This document shows, piece by piece, positions 20,062 through 27,509 of a stretch of 64,000 nt of DNA (positions are counted from its first letter, which is position 1; every line of letters starts with the position of its first letter). The translations under genes were made by a program, and so were the position numbers. Below the pieces are notes generated by a model that saw only the letters and a list, made by a program, of their open reading frames with translations, was not told the DNA's origin and searched no databases. The stretch is from a virus. The stretch lies in the IMG/VR virus record IMGVR_UViG_3300013014_000024, positions 33,695 through 97,694 of that record, one strand, 5' to 3'.

Positions 20062-20415
20062 ATGGCACATCCAAACATTCATGCAAAATCATCTGTTAAA
20101 AAATTTGGTGGAAAACCTGAAGATTATATCCATTTACATGAGTGGTTAGACGAAACAAAGGCTTGGTTTGGTGATTCACTTCATAGAATGTTTAGACATC
20201 ATAGTGAAGGCATTTTTGAAATGGAAAAAAGGTTTGGGACTGAGTTTAAAAACTCTGATGGAAAGACCGTATACACTAGATATGTAGGAGAACAACATGT
20301 AAAAGAAGATTGTTACAATTACATTCCTTCCGCAAAAGAATGGGTAGAGAATATTACAAAAAATCAGAGACCCCAATGGATGATGAGGACTGTTAAACTT
20401 GAATTTGAAGATTAA
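20062..20415 (+). CDS. DUF6915-like protein
   Basis: MAHP..HAKSSVKKFGG..EDY..H...D...HRMFRHHSEGIF...GEQHVKED. Confidence 0.7.
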   Translation: MAHPNIHAKSSVKKFGGKPEDYIHLHEWLDETKAWFGDSLHRMFRHHSEGIFEMEKRFGTEFKNSDGKTVYTRYVGEQHVKEDCYNYIPSAKEWVENITKNQRPQWMMRTVKLEFED

Positions 20416-20432
20416 ATACTATATTTATTACT

Positions 20433-21149
20433 ATGGAAAAAAATTTTATGTCAGAAGAAGATAAAGTGGTGCTTCGCAAGGTTGCAAAATACATTAAATC
20501 AAACAATATTAATTCTGGAATTATTGAAATAGTAAATGACTTTTATCATGACCCTCAAAGAGCTCTTAATAATGTGGGAAATTTTAGTAATCATTGGGGT
20601 GTTGAAGTACCTAACTTTTTTAAACATTATTTGGGTGAAATAATTGAAAGGGTACTGTCAAAAGTTGATTATTTGGATGAGGATGATGTTAATTATGACA
20701 ACATAGAAATTGAAATAATTGCAGATAGTTCTATGTTAGAGGTTACTCGTCATTGGGGTTATGAACAACCTGGGGATAGCCGTGGTTTAACTTGGGGTGA
20801 TGATACTGAAGATACTGAATTAGTTAAAAGACTTATGGATGAAATAAGAGAATCTGGTGCAAGACCTGATAGTAATGGTATATTACAATTAGACTATAGT
20901 GGTGGTGGTGATAGTGGTTATATTGAATCGTCGTTTGTTGATGGTGGAAGAGTTCCTGCAAATATTGAAGATTGGTGTTATGAGGTGCTAGAAAACAATT
21001 ACGGAGGTTGGGAAATTAATGAGGGGTCTCAAGGTTACTTTGTTTTTGATACACGAAAAAATACAATTGAGTTAGAGCTTACTTACAATGAATTGACTGA
21101 AGAAACCGAAAACATTTTATCAGTTTATTTTGGAAAACCAAAAGAATAA
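20433..21149 (+). CDS. DUF6878-like protein
   Basis: YSGGGDSG...GWEINEGSQG pattern. Confidence 0.6.
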   Translation: MEKNFMSEEDKVVLRKVAKYIKSNNINSGIIEIVNDFYHDPQRALNNVGNFSNHWGVEVPNFFKHYLGEIIERVLSKVDYLDEDDVNYDNIEIEIIADSSMLEVTRHWGYEQPGDSRGLTWGDDTEDTELVKRLMDEIRESGARPDSNGILQLDYSGGGDSGYIESSFVDGGRVPANIEDWCYEVLENNYGGWEINEGSQGYFVFDTRKNTIELELTYNELTEETENILSVYFGKPKE

Positions 21150-21172
21150 TATTACATTTGTATTGTATAGAT

Positions 21173-21258
21173 ACCAGGGTGTCGTAAAGGTAGCCGAGGA
21201 GGACTTAAAATCCTTTGGACAGAAAAAGTCCGTGCGGGTTCGAATCCCGCTCCTGGTA
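21173..21258 (+). tRNA. tRNA-Leu(TAA)
   Basis: Cloverleaf with long variable arm. Loop CTTAAAA. Confidence 0.9.
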
Positions 21259-21297
21259 CACTTGACTTTTTATATTTTTTAGACTATTTATTATAAC

Positions 21298-21393
21298 ATG
21301 AACAACAGAGTGAAACATATTGTCATTAATAAACAACAATTTGGTTGTTGGTTTCGCAATATGCTCAAACGTAGTTCATCATTAGTTAGTTAA
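21298..21393 (+). CDS. putative leader peptide MNNRVKHIVINKQQFGCWFRNMLKRSSSLVS
   Basis: 31-codon ORF after TATTTAT (21285-21291), ending 22 nt before the terminator. Confidence 0.6.
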   Translation: MNNRVKHIVINKQQFGCWFRNMLKRSSSLVS

Positions 21394-21415
21394 GTTCCTG
21401 AAGACTTATATACAT

Positions 21416-21454
21416 AACCCCGGACTACAGAAATGAGTTCGGGGTTTTTTTTTT
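21416..21454 (+). terminator. intrinsic terminator (attenuator candidate) upstream of the tRNA array
   Basis: AACCCCGGACT-ACAGAAATG-AGTTCGGGGTT followed by a T run. Confidence 0.85.
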
Positions 21455-21492
21455 GGTTCTTTGAAATATTGGTTGTAAATTTGTAAAACAAT

Positions 21493-21564
21493 TGTCTCGT
21501 AGCTCAGTGGTAGAGTTCTATTCTGATACGATAGATGTCGTCGGTTCGATTCCGACCGAGACAA
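21493..21564 (+). tRNA. tRNA-Ile(GAT)
   Basis: Cloverleaf, loop CTGATAC. Confidence 0.9.
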
Positions 21565-21569
21565 CATTT

Positions 21570-21642
21570 GGTAATCAAGCTAACTTAGTAGAAGCGCTAG
21601 ACTGAAAATCTAGAAGAGTTGGAGCGTAACCAACGATTACCA
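21570..21642 (+). tRNA. tRNA-Phe(GAA) with non-canonical T loop
   Basis: GGTAATC/GATTACC. CTAGA-CTGAAAA-TCTAG. T loop AGCGTAA. A8. Confidence 0.8.
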
Positions 21643-21692
21643 CAAAGGTCCGTTCCTTTTTAAAAACCGTTGGTTGTAACATAAGAACAGGA

Positions 21693-21794
21693 TGTTAGGT
21701 AGTGGATATGTAAGCGGGCTCAAGCTCGGTAAGTCAAAAAGGTTATGATTCTCTTTACGAGACCACGTTGTCGGTTCGAGTCCGACCTTAACAA
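21693..21794 (+). ncRNA. tRNA-like RNA with non-canonical interior
   Basis: Acceptor TGTTAGG/CTTAACA and T arm GTCGG-TTCGAGT-CCGAC intact. D and anticodon region expanded. Confidence 0.6.
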
Positions 21795-21807
21795 CAAAAA
21801 ATAAAAT

Positions 21808-21993
21808 ATGAAAGTAGAAATAAAATTTGATAGTACGGATATATGTCCGTATCTTTACGAAGGTTCAGTACTACAACATGTGAGAGAGACAAAGAAAAAT
21901 TATATCGGAATTTTTTCATCATTTGCAGGGTCTTATGAAGTAAAGGTTCCAAAAAAACGAGCTAAAATATTAAAAGATGAAAGCAATACTTGA
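21808..21993 (+). CDS. hypothetical protein
   Basis: Small ORF inside the tRNA array. Confidence 0.5.
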   Translation: MKVEIKFDSTDICPYLYEGSVLQHVRETKKNYIGIFSSFAGSYEVKVPKKRAKILKDESNT

Positions 21994-22210
21994 ATTTAAC
22001 TTACCTGATGACCAACAAGATTTTGAAATGGCTAGTAATGCTATGAAATTTTGGTCTGTATTGTATGAGTTGGACCAAGACCTCAGGTCTAAAACCAAAT
22101 ATGCCCCTGATAGCTTGCCACAAGACAAATATGATGCATATGAGGAAGTTAGGGAAATGTTGCATGAGCTGATGAGAAATGAAAACATCAGTTTGGATAT
22201 GGTGAGATAA
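21977..22210 (+). CDS. hypothetical protein
   Basis: MKAILEFNLPDDQ pattern. Confidence 0.65.
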   Translation: MKAILEFNLPDDQQDFEMASNAMKFWSVLYELDQDLRSKTKYAPDSLPQDKYDAYEEVREMLHELMRNENISLDMVR

Positions 22211-22223
22211 AAAAATAGATATT

Positions 22224-22439
22224 ATGGAGAGAACATTTAATAGTGATGATTTATCTTGGATTGCACTAAGCTTATTAGAATATAGTCGTTCAATGGAGTA
22301 TGAAGGTGATTTCAGTGATTGTGGTAATGAAATTGGGAATATGGTTGGACTTAGATATAAAAATATGACTGAGGGTGAGATTGAAGATTTCATTACGGGA
22401 ATAAGACATGGGATTTCATTAACAAATGGAACTCATTAA
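22224..22439 (+). CDS. hypothetical protein
   Basis: Small ORF. Confidence 0.55.
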   Translation: MERTFNSDDLSWIALSLLEYSRSMEYEGDFSDCGNEIGNMVGLRYKNMTEGEIEDFITGIRHGISLTNGTH

Positions 22440-22445
22440 AATAAT

Positions 22446-22516
22446 GGTCGGGTGGCCGAGTGGTTAGGCTGAAGTCTGCAAAACTTCCTACCCCAGTTCA
22501 AATCTGGGTCCGACCT
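22446..22516 (+). tRNA. tRNA-Cys(GCA)
   Basis: Cloverleaf, loop CTGCAAA, U73. Confidence 0.9.
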
Positions 22517-22523
22517 CAAAAAT

Positions 22524-22609
22524 ACGTGTGTGGCCGAGAGGTTTAGGCAACAGTCTCCAAAACTGTACGGACGAAAGTCCTAACGTGGGTTCGAATCCTA
22601 CCATACGTG
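22524..22609 (+). tRNA. tRNA with anticodon CCA (Trp) and long variable arm
   Basis: ACAGT-CTCCAAA-ACTGT. Variable arm GGAC-GAAA-GTCC. G73. Confidence 0.85.
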
Positions 22610-22809
22610 CAAAAGGTTGATTGGGGAATGGGATATCGCAACCTGATGATGGAGGTTGGAGATTCTCGGAGTTGAAATCATCAAGTAATGCCAATCGTAA
22701 AAGGAGTTGTCCACTCGACCATCTTCTCCTTTCCTAACTTTTGGAAGTATTGTTTATTTTGAGTTATCCGCGGTTTGAGTATAGATACTCAACAATTAGT
22801 TCTTTGAAT

Positions 22810-22894
22810 TGCTTCGTTGCCGTAGTGGCCGAACGGTCCAGACTGTTAATCTGGTGTGTAAAAACCATCGTAGGTTCGAATCCTACCGAAGCAG
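22810..22894 (+). tRNA. tRNA with anticodon GTT (Asn) and 15-nt variable region
   Basis: CCAGA-CTGTTAA-TCTGG. TGCTTCG/CGAAGCA. G73. Confidence 0.85.
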
Positions 22895-22979
22895 CTTTAA
22901 ATACGGAGATAAAAAAATAAAACTATACAAAGTATAGTTTTAGGGTTCAACTTACATATTTATATGTAAAGACTTAGTT

Positions 22980-23609
22980 ATGAAACATTGTGTAAAATGT
23001 AATAGAGAATTTGAACCAAAAAAGGGCCTCATAAATTATTGTAGTTTAGAGTGTAGAAACAGTAGAAGTTGGACAGAAAATGACAAAATTAAAAAATCTA
23101 TTTCAGCAAAAAATTCAGATAAAGTAAAAATTGCAAATAAAAAAATAGGTTTATTAAATCATGAAAAGGCCACAATAAAAACTATGTGTCTACATTGTCA
23201 AGAACTAATAGTTCACACTAGATGGAAATCAAGAAAATATCACAAAGAATGCTGGTTGAAGTCATCTGGGGGATATAGGGAAAATTCAACTGTAAAACAC
23301 AAATGTTTTTATAAAGGGGTTTGTATGGATTCTGGCTCTGAAAAAGAATTTGCCATAAAATGTGATGAACATAATATTGCTTGGGAAAAAAACAATATAA
23401 TATACTTTGAATACATAGGGGTTGATGGTAAAAAACATAAATATTATCCTGATTTTTATATAAAAAAAAGTAATAAATGGGTTGAAATAAAAGGAAAATT
23501 ATATGGTGAAAAAGATGTAAATTTGGAAAAAAAATTATTGTCAGTAGATAACATTATTTTGATATATTCTAAAGAAATTAAAAAATTTGATTTTGGTCTA
23601 TTGGTGTAA
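22980..23609 (+). mobile_element. free-standing PD-(D/E)xK endonuclease with Cys-rich N-terminus
   Basis: CVKC..YCSLEC, DSGSE, YYPDFY...WVEIKG. Confidence 0.8.
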
Positions 23610-23667
23610 GGGCTAACATGTCGCACTGTCGATGCGAAGACTCTCGGTTCGAATCCGTGATAGACCG
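23595..23667 (+). tRNA. tRNA-Asp(GTC)
   Basis: TCGCA-CTGTCGA-TGCGA. G73. Confidence 0.85.
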
Positions 23668-23712
23668 CAGTGAGTAAGAGATACTCAGAGTCTTTAATCC
23701 AAGACTTAAACA

Positions 23713-23924
23713 ATGGGTAGATGTTTGGTAGTATCAGTCGTAAATGACTACTCATGGGAATAACGTTGATAAACCTATCCTCGCCCAGTAAAGGTTGACA
23801 GGTTTTTATGTGGTAAGACACTAATGAAAAAGACCTAATTCATGAGGTAACTATATGGGTTATCAAACAGATATAGGGGATATGGTTCTCGAACAGTCAG
23901 AGAAACCCGTTAAAATCTACTCAT
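23713..23924 (+). ncRNA. unclassified multibranch structured RNA
   Basis: Nested helices ATGGGTAGAT/ATCTACTCAT, TGTTTGGTAG/TTATCAAACA, CTCATG/CATGAG, AGGTTTTT/AAAGACCT. Confidence 0.55.
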
Positions 23925-23947
23925 CATCAATCTCATGATGGGGACAT

Positions 23948-24020
23948 GCGGAAGTAGCTCATTCGGTAGAGCACAACCTTGCCAAGGTTGGGGTGGCCAG
24001 TTCGAGCCTGGTCTTCCGCT
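23948..24020 (+). tRNA. tRNA-Gly(GCC)
   Basis: Canonical cloverleaf. Confidence 0.95.
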
Positions 24021-24070
24021 CAAGGGGTGGTGGGAACCCATGAATATGTGATGAATATATACCCACAAAT

Positions 24071-24144
24071 GCGGATTTCGCCTAGTTGGTATGGCATCAC
24101 ACTTCCAATGTGAAATAGGGTCGGTTCGAGCCCGATAATCCGCT
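24071..24144 (+). tRNA. tRNA-Gly(TCC)
   Basis: Cloverleaf, loop CTTCCAA. Confidence 0.9.
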
Positions 24145-24200
24145 CAAGTGGGCCTTTGTGGACGGCCGAAAGGAAAATAGGTTTTTTTCATCCACTATAT

Positions 24201-24325
24201 GGTCAGGTGGCGGAATTGGTATACGATGAAAAACTGCAATGAGGTAGGTCGAACCTCACATTAAACAAAAAAGGCATCAACGCAGGAGTGCGGAAGCGTT
24301 GCAGGTTCGAATCCTGTCCTGACTA
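24201..24325 (+). ncRNA. Leu-like tRNA body with replaced anticodon domain
   Basis: GGTCAGG-TGGCGGAATTGGTATACG...GCAGG-TTCGAAT-CCTGT-CCTGACT-A. Confidence 0.65.
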
Positions 24326-24450
24326 CAGACTCTCGTCTATTGCTGTGAATAGAACTGACGAGAACCATTGAGGGACACAGACCTTATGAATGGTGGTTTA
24401 GGGCGAAGATAGCACCCCTATCACGAAGAGTACCTAAGCTCTTTAAACAT

Positions 24451-24609
24451 AGTCAGGTGGCGGAATGTTATTAACCCGTTCTAGACGTAAAAATAATGTG
24501 GTTAAAATCCACTACGGGGTCAATGTAACTTGGTAGACGCTCGCTAGAAGGTGCGGTTAGTCAACGATAAGGTAAAGCTAACATACAGGTTCAAATCCTG
24601 TCCTGACTA
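24451..24609 (+). ncRNA. Leu-like tRNA body with about 64-nt D-loop insertion
   Basis: AGTCAGG-TGGCGGAA[insert]TTGGTAGACGC...ACAGG-TTCAAAT-CCTGT-CCTGACT-A. Confidence 0.65.
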
Positions 24610-24862
24610 CACGTTCCGTCTAATCAACGGATAGTTCAATCCTGAACGATGAGAAATGGTGTGATAACCATATGGGTCAGTTCACCCTGAGTGGGGCGGT
24701 AAAGGGTACGGTTGACTGCCGTTAGATTGTATCTACAAAAGTCTATTCCTAACCTGTATGATAGAGAGTTGGTTGTATTAACACACCTTCATCAAAAATG
24801 CTAAACTCTTTCTTAGGGACAGCCATAATACCTGTAAGTTGGATAAATTAGGGTGTTAGTTT

Positions 24863-24935
24863 GGTCTTATAGTATAATGGATTAATACACTTCGATACGG
24901 ACGAAGAAATTTGGGTTCAAATCCTAATAGGACCT
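24863..24935 (+). tRNA. tRNA-Arg(ACG)
   Basis: CTTCG-ATACGGA-CGAAG. Confidence 0.85.
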
Positions 24936-24940
24936 CATAT

Positions 24941-25017
24941 GGTGGATATAGCTTAATTGGTAGAGCACTAGCTTGTGGCGCTAGTTGTTGCGGGTTCGAG
25001 TCCCGCTATTCACACCA
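24941..25017 (+). tRNA. tRNA-His(GTG)
   Basis: Encoded G-1, loop TTGTGGC, A73, encoded CCA. Confidence 0.9.
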
Positions 25018-25044
25018 TTTTTGATTTGCCGCATATTTATCAAT

Positions 25045-25494
25045 ATGGAAAAATTAACATTAACTAAAGAACAATTATTTAAGGCAATGTACTTAAATGA
25101 GGAGGAAAATAAAATTGAAATTAAAAGTAATTCGGGTTTCAAAAATATGGTCTCAGTTTTATTGCATTCACAAACTCAAGTACACATATTTCATTTACAA
25201 ACTAAATCATTTTCTGAACATAAAGCATTACAAAAATATTATGAAGAAATTGATGGTTTAGTTGATGGAATTATTGAAAGTTACCAAGGTAAATACGAAA
25301 TTATTAAAAATTATGATTCTGTGAAAACTGAGGATTATAAAAGTCTTGACCAAGTAATTAACTATTTCAAATCATTAGATACTATGATTGAAAAGGTTAG
25401 AAAAAATGTTAAAGAGTCATTTATTCAAAATCAAATTGATACTGTTCAAGAATTAATATACTCCACATTGTACAAATTAAGATTTTTAAAATAA
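25045..25494 (+). CDS. ferritin/Dps-like protein (DUF5856-like)
   Basis: HIFHLQTKSFSEHKALQKYYE...E.YQGKY...LYKLRFL. ATG 25045 follows TATTTAT. Confidence 0.7.
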   Translation: MEKLTLTKEQLFKAMYLNEEENKIEIKSNSGFKNMVSVLLHSQTQVHIFHLQTKSFSEHKALQKYYEEIDGLVDGIIESYQGKYEIIKNYDSVKTEDYKSLDQVINYFKSLDTMIEKVRKNVKESFIQNQIDTVQELIYSTLYKLRFLK

Positions 25495-25548
25495 TATTTG
25501 ACTAAATGGGATTTTCTCAGTATATTTACTTTATATAAAAACATAATT

Positions 25549-25710
25549 ATGAAAAAATTAGTCGCTTTCCTTGCAATTGTATCATTGGTATCATGTGGTG
25601 GAGATAGTTCCACAAATTCAAATGTAGACTCAACTGTAGTTGTAGATACTGTAATTGTTGATTCAACAGTGGTAGATTCAGTATCTGTTGATACTGTAGT
25701 TACTCAGTAA
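25549..25710 (+). CDS. small lipoprotein rich in D-S/T-x sequons
   Basis: MKKLVAFLAIVSLVS-C lipobox. DST, DTV, DST, DSV, DTV. Confidence 0.75.
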   Translation: MKKLVAFLAIVSLVSCGGDSSTNSNVDSTVVVDTVIVDSTVVDSVSVDTVVTQ

Positions 25711-25759
25711 TTTTTAATTACTAAAAAGAAATTTAAAACCCATCCTAAGATGGGTTTTT

Positions 25760-27001
25760 TTATTTTAATAGTTTTCTAATTTTGTTGATATCTTTTTGTA
25801 TTTTATATTCTTCTTTAAAATTGGCTGGATAATATACGGCATTAGGATTTATTTCACGAGATGGAAAATATACAGCATTAGCATCCGGTATTTTACTTGG
25901 ATAATACACTTTATTAGGGTCAATAATGGTTTTTCTTTTATAAGAACCTTTTTTACCGTCTCTTGAATATTTTTTATTATCACCCGAATATTCTTTTTCT
26001 CTATAATAATCAATTCTACTTCTTTCTTTTGATGAATTATACAAAGTAACAGTTACATCATCATCACCAATTTCACCAATCATTTCGCCTTTAAAAACAT
26101 CACCACTATCTTTTGTATTTTTTAATCCACAATATTCTAAATAAAAATTTTTACCATCAATTTCGTGTGTAATATTTATTTTGTTTTTACAACCATAAGA
26201 AAATCCTTGTTTTGTTATTACCCCATCTACGGGTGATTTAATTTTAGAATTCTTATCTTTTGGTATTACAAGGACATAACCATTACTTGAAACTCCATTT
26301 CCAAAACCACCATAAATTTTTTCTTCAAATATTATGTCATAACTTTCCGTTTTTACTGAACTTTGGTAATAAGTTTGGTTAGGGTCAATTAATTTTGGTT
26401 GATAATATGTTTGGTTAGGGTTAATTACTTTTGGTGTAAACGATGTAGTATCCGATGTTGTATTATTTGTGGATGTGGTACCCGTAGATGTACTATCTGT
26501 TGTATTTGAAACGTGTAGATGATTGTAATGGTTTCCATCTACATTTGTTTGCCATATAACGGCTTTATCGTTTCCCCTCTCAGAGTTCAGAGAATATCTC
26601 ATAGAGACTAAGATATCTTTTAATTTATTACCTAAATCTCTAAATTGAGCGTTTCCATTTGATGGACTAGTTGCATCTCCAGAATCTTGGTTATTTATTT
26701 TTCCAATATCAACAGCGGTTTTTTGTCCATGTCGGCTTTCAGCTCCTGATGTTGTTCTAGTGTTGTGACCTGTTGATGCGGTTGTTATTGTAACAGTTAC
26801 ACCAGCTTTAGCTGCGGCAGTTTGTAAATCATCTAAAAGTGCCTTATTAACCGAATCTGAAGCCGCTTTAGTGTCGTAAAATACATTTTTATATCTAACA
26901 GTATTTAATGTGATTGGTTTAATCTCATTTAAAGTAATTATTTTTTTATTTTCTAAAATTGAATTATATATTGAAAGTATATTATTTATTTCATTTATCA
27001 T
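25760..27001 (-). CDS. putative peptidoglycan peptidase (M15-like domain plus degenerate M23-like domain)
   Basis: SRH...AVDI...HYNHLHV and IKSPVDGVI...GEMIG. I(N/D)PN..YY repeats. Confidence 0.55.
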   Translation of the reverse strand: MINEINNILSIYNSILENKKIITLNEIKPITLNTVRYKNVFYDTKAASDSVNKALLDDLQTAAAKAGVTVTITTASTGHNTRTTSGAESRHGQKTAVDIGKINNQDSGDATSPSNGNAQFRDLGNKLKDILVSMRYSLNSERGNDKAVIWQTNVDGNHYNHLHVSNTTDSTSTGTTSTNNTTSDTTSFTPKVINPNQTYYQPKLIDPNQTYYQSSVKTESYDIIFEEKIYGGFGNGVSSNGYVLVIPKDKNSKIKSPVDGVITKQGFSYGCKNKINITHEIDGKNFYLEYCGLKNTKDSGDVFKGEMIGEIGDDDVTVTLYNSSKERSRIDYYREKEYSGDNKKYSRDGKKGSYKRKTIIDPNKVYYPSKIPDANAVYFPSREINPNAVYYPANFKEEYKIQKDINKIRKLLK

Positions 27002-27230
27002 GAATATAAATATGTTATAAATAAAAAAAGTGGTCAGGGACAAGTGGGAACAACCCTTGGAGTCGACTTCCTTTCACTGCTGCAGGCAGTTACACTTGTA
27101 TGACCACTACACGTTAAAAATAGATAATGTCTCCTAATTCCCAATCTTCTTGGGAATCTTCTTGTGGTTCCGGGTCAAGTTCTACCTTGGTTTGCAAAAT
27201 CACTAACATACTATACTAACGGATTTTATG

Positions 27231-27302
27231 AGCCCCCGCCCGGAATCGAACCGAGTTATCATGATTACAAGTCATGCGCATCGCCTGCAATGCTTAAAGG
27301 GC
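27231..27302 (-). tRNA. tRNA-Thr(TGT)
   Basis: CATGA-CTTGTAA-TCATG. T arm CTCGG-TTCGATT-CCGGG. Confidence 0.85.
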
Positions 27303-27311
27303 TTGTTTTTA

Positions 27312-27509
27312 TTAAGTATCTTGAAAATTTAATTTGTTCATCTCCTCGATACTTTTAAGACCATTTTTCCACTCTCTCCATATTTCAAAATCCTGAAGGT
27401 CTTGTAAGGTTTTTTCGTGTACCAAGACAAAACCTTCAGGTGCCACTCCTACAAATCTACGAACATTTCCCTCTTCTTCCAAAATTTTTTCAATATTTAT
27501 TTTACTCAT
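27312..27509 (-). CDS. hypothetical protein
   Basis: Small ORF. Confidence 0.55.
   Translation of the reverse strand: MSKINIEKILEEEGNVRRFVGVAPEGFVLVHEKTLQDLQDFEIWREWKNGLKSIEEMNKLNFQDT

Noticed and set aside
22651-22685. Hammerhead ribozyme (CTGATGA...GAAA), also CTGACGA near 24355
   Set aside because: The core nucleotides are buried in helices (TGATGAT/ATCATCA, TCTCGTC/GACGAGA), and stems I and III could not be built.
22488-23821. Minus-strand ORFs 22488-22694 and 23456-23821
   Set aside because: They are antisense to tRNAs and structured RNA.
24985-25044. N-terminal extension of the Dps-like ORF
   Set aside because: It overlaps tRNA-His. ATG 25045 after TATTTAT is the better start.
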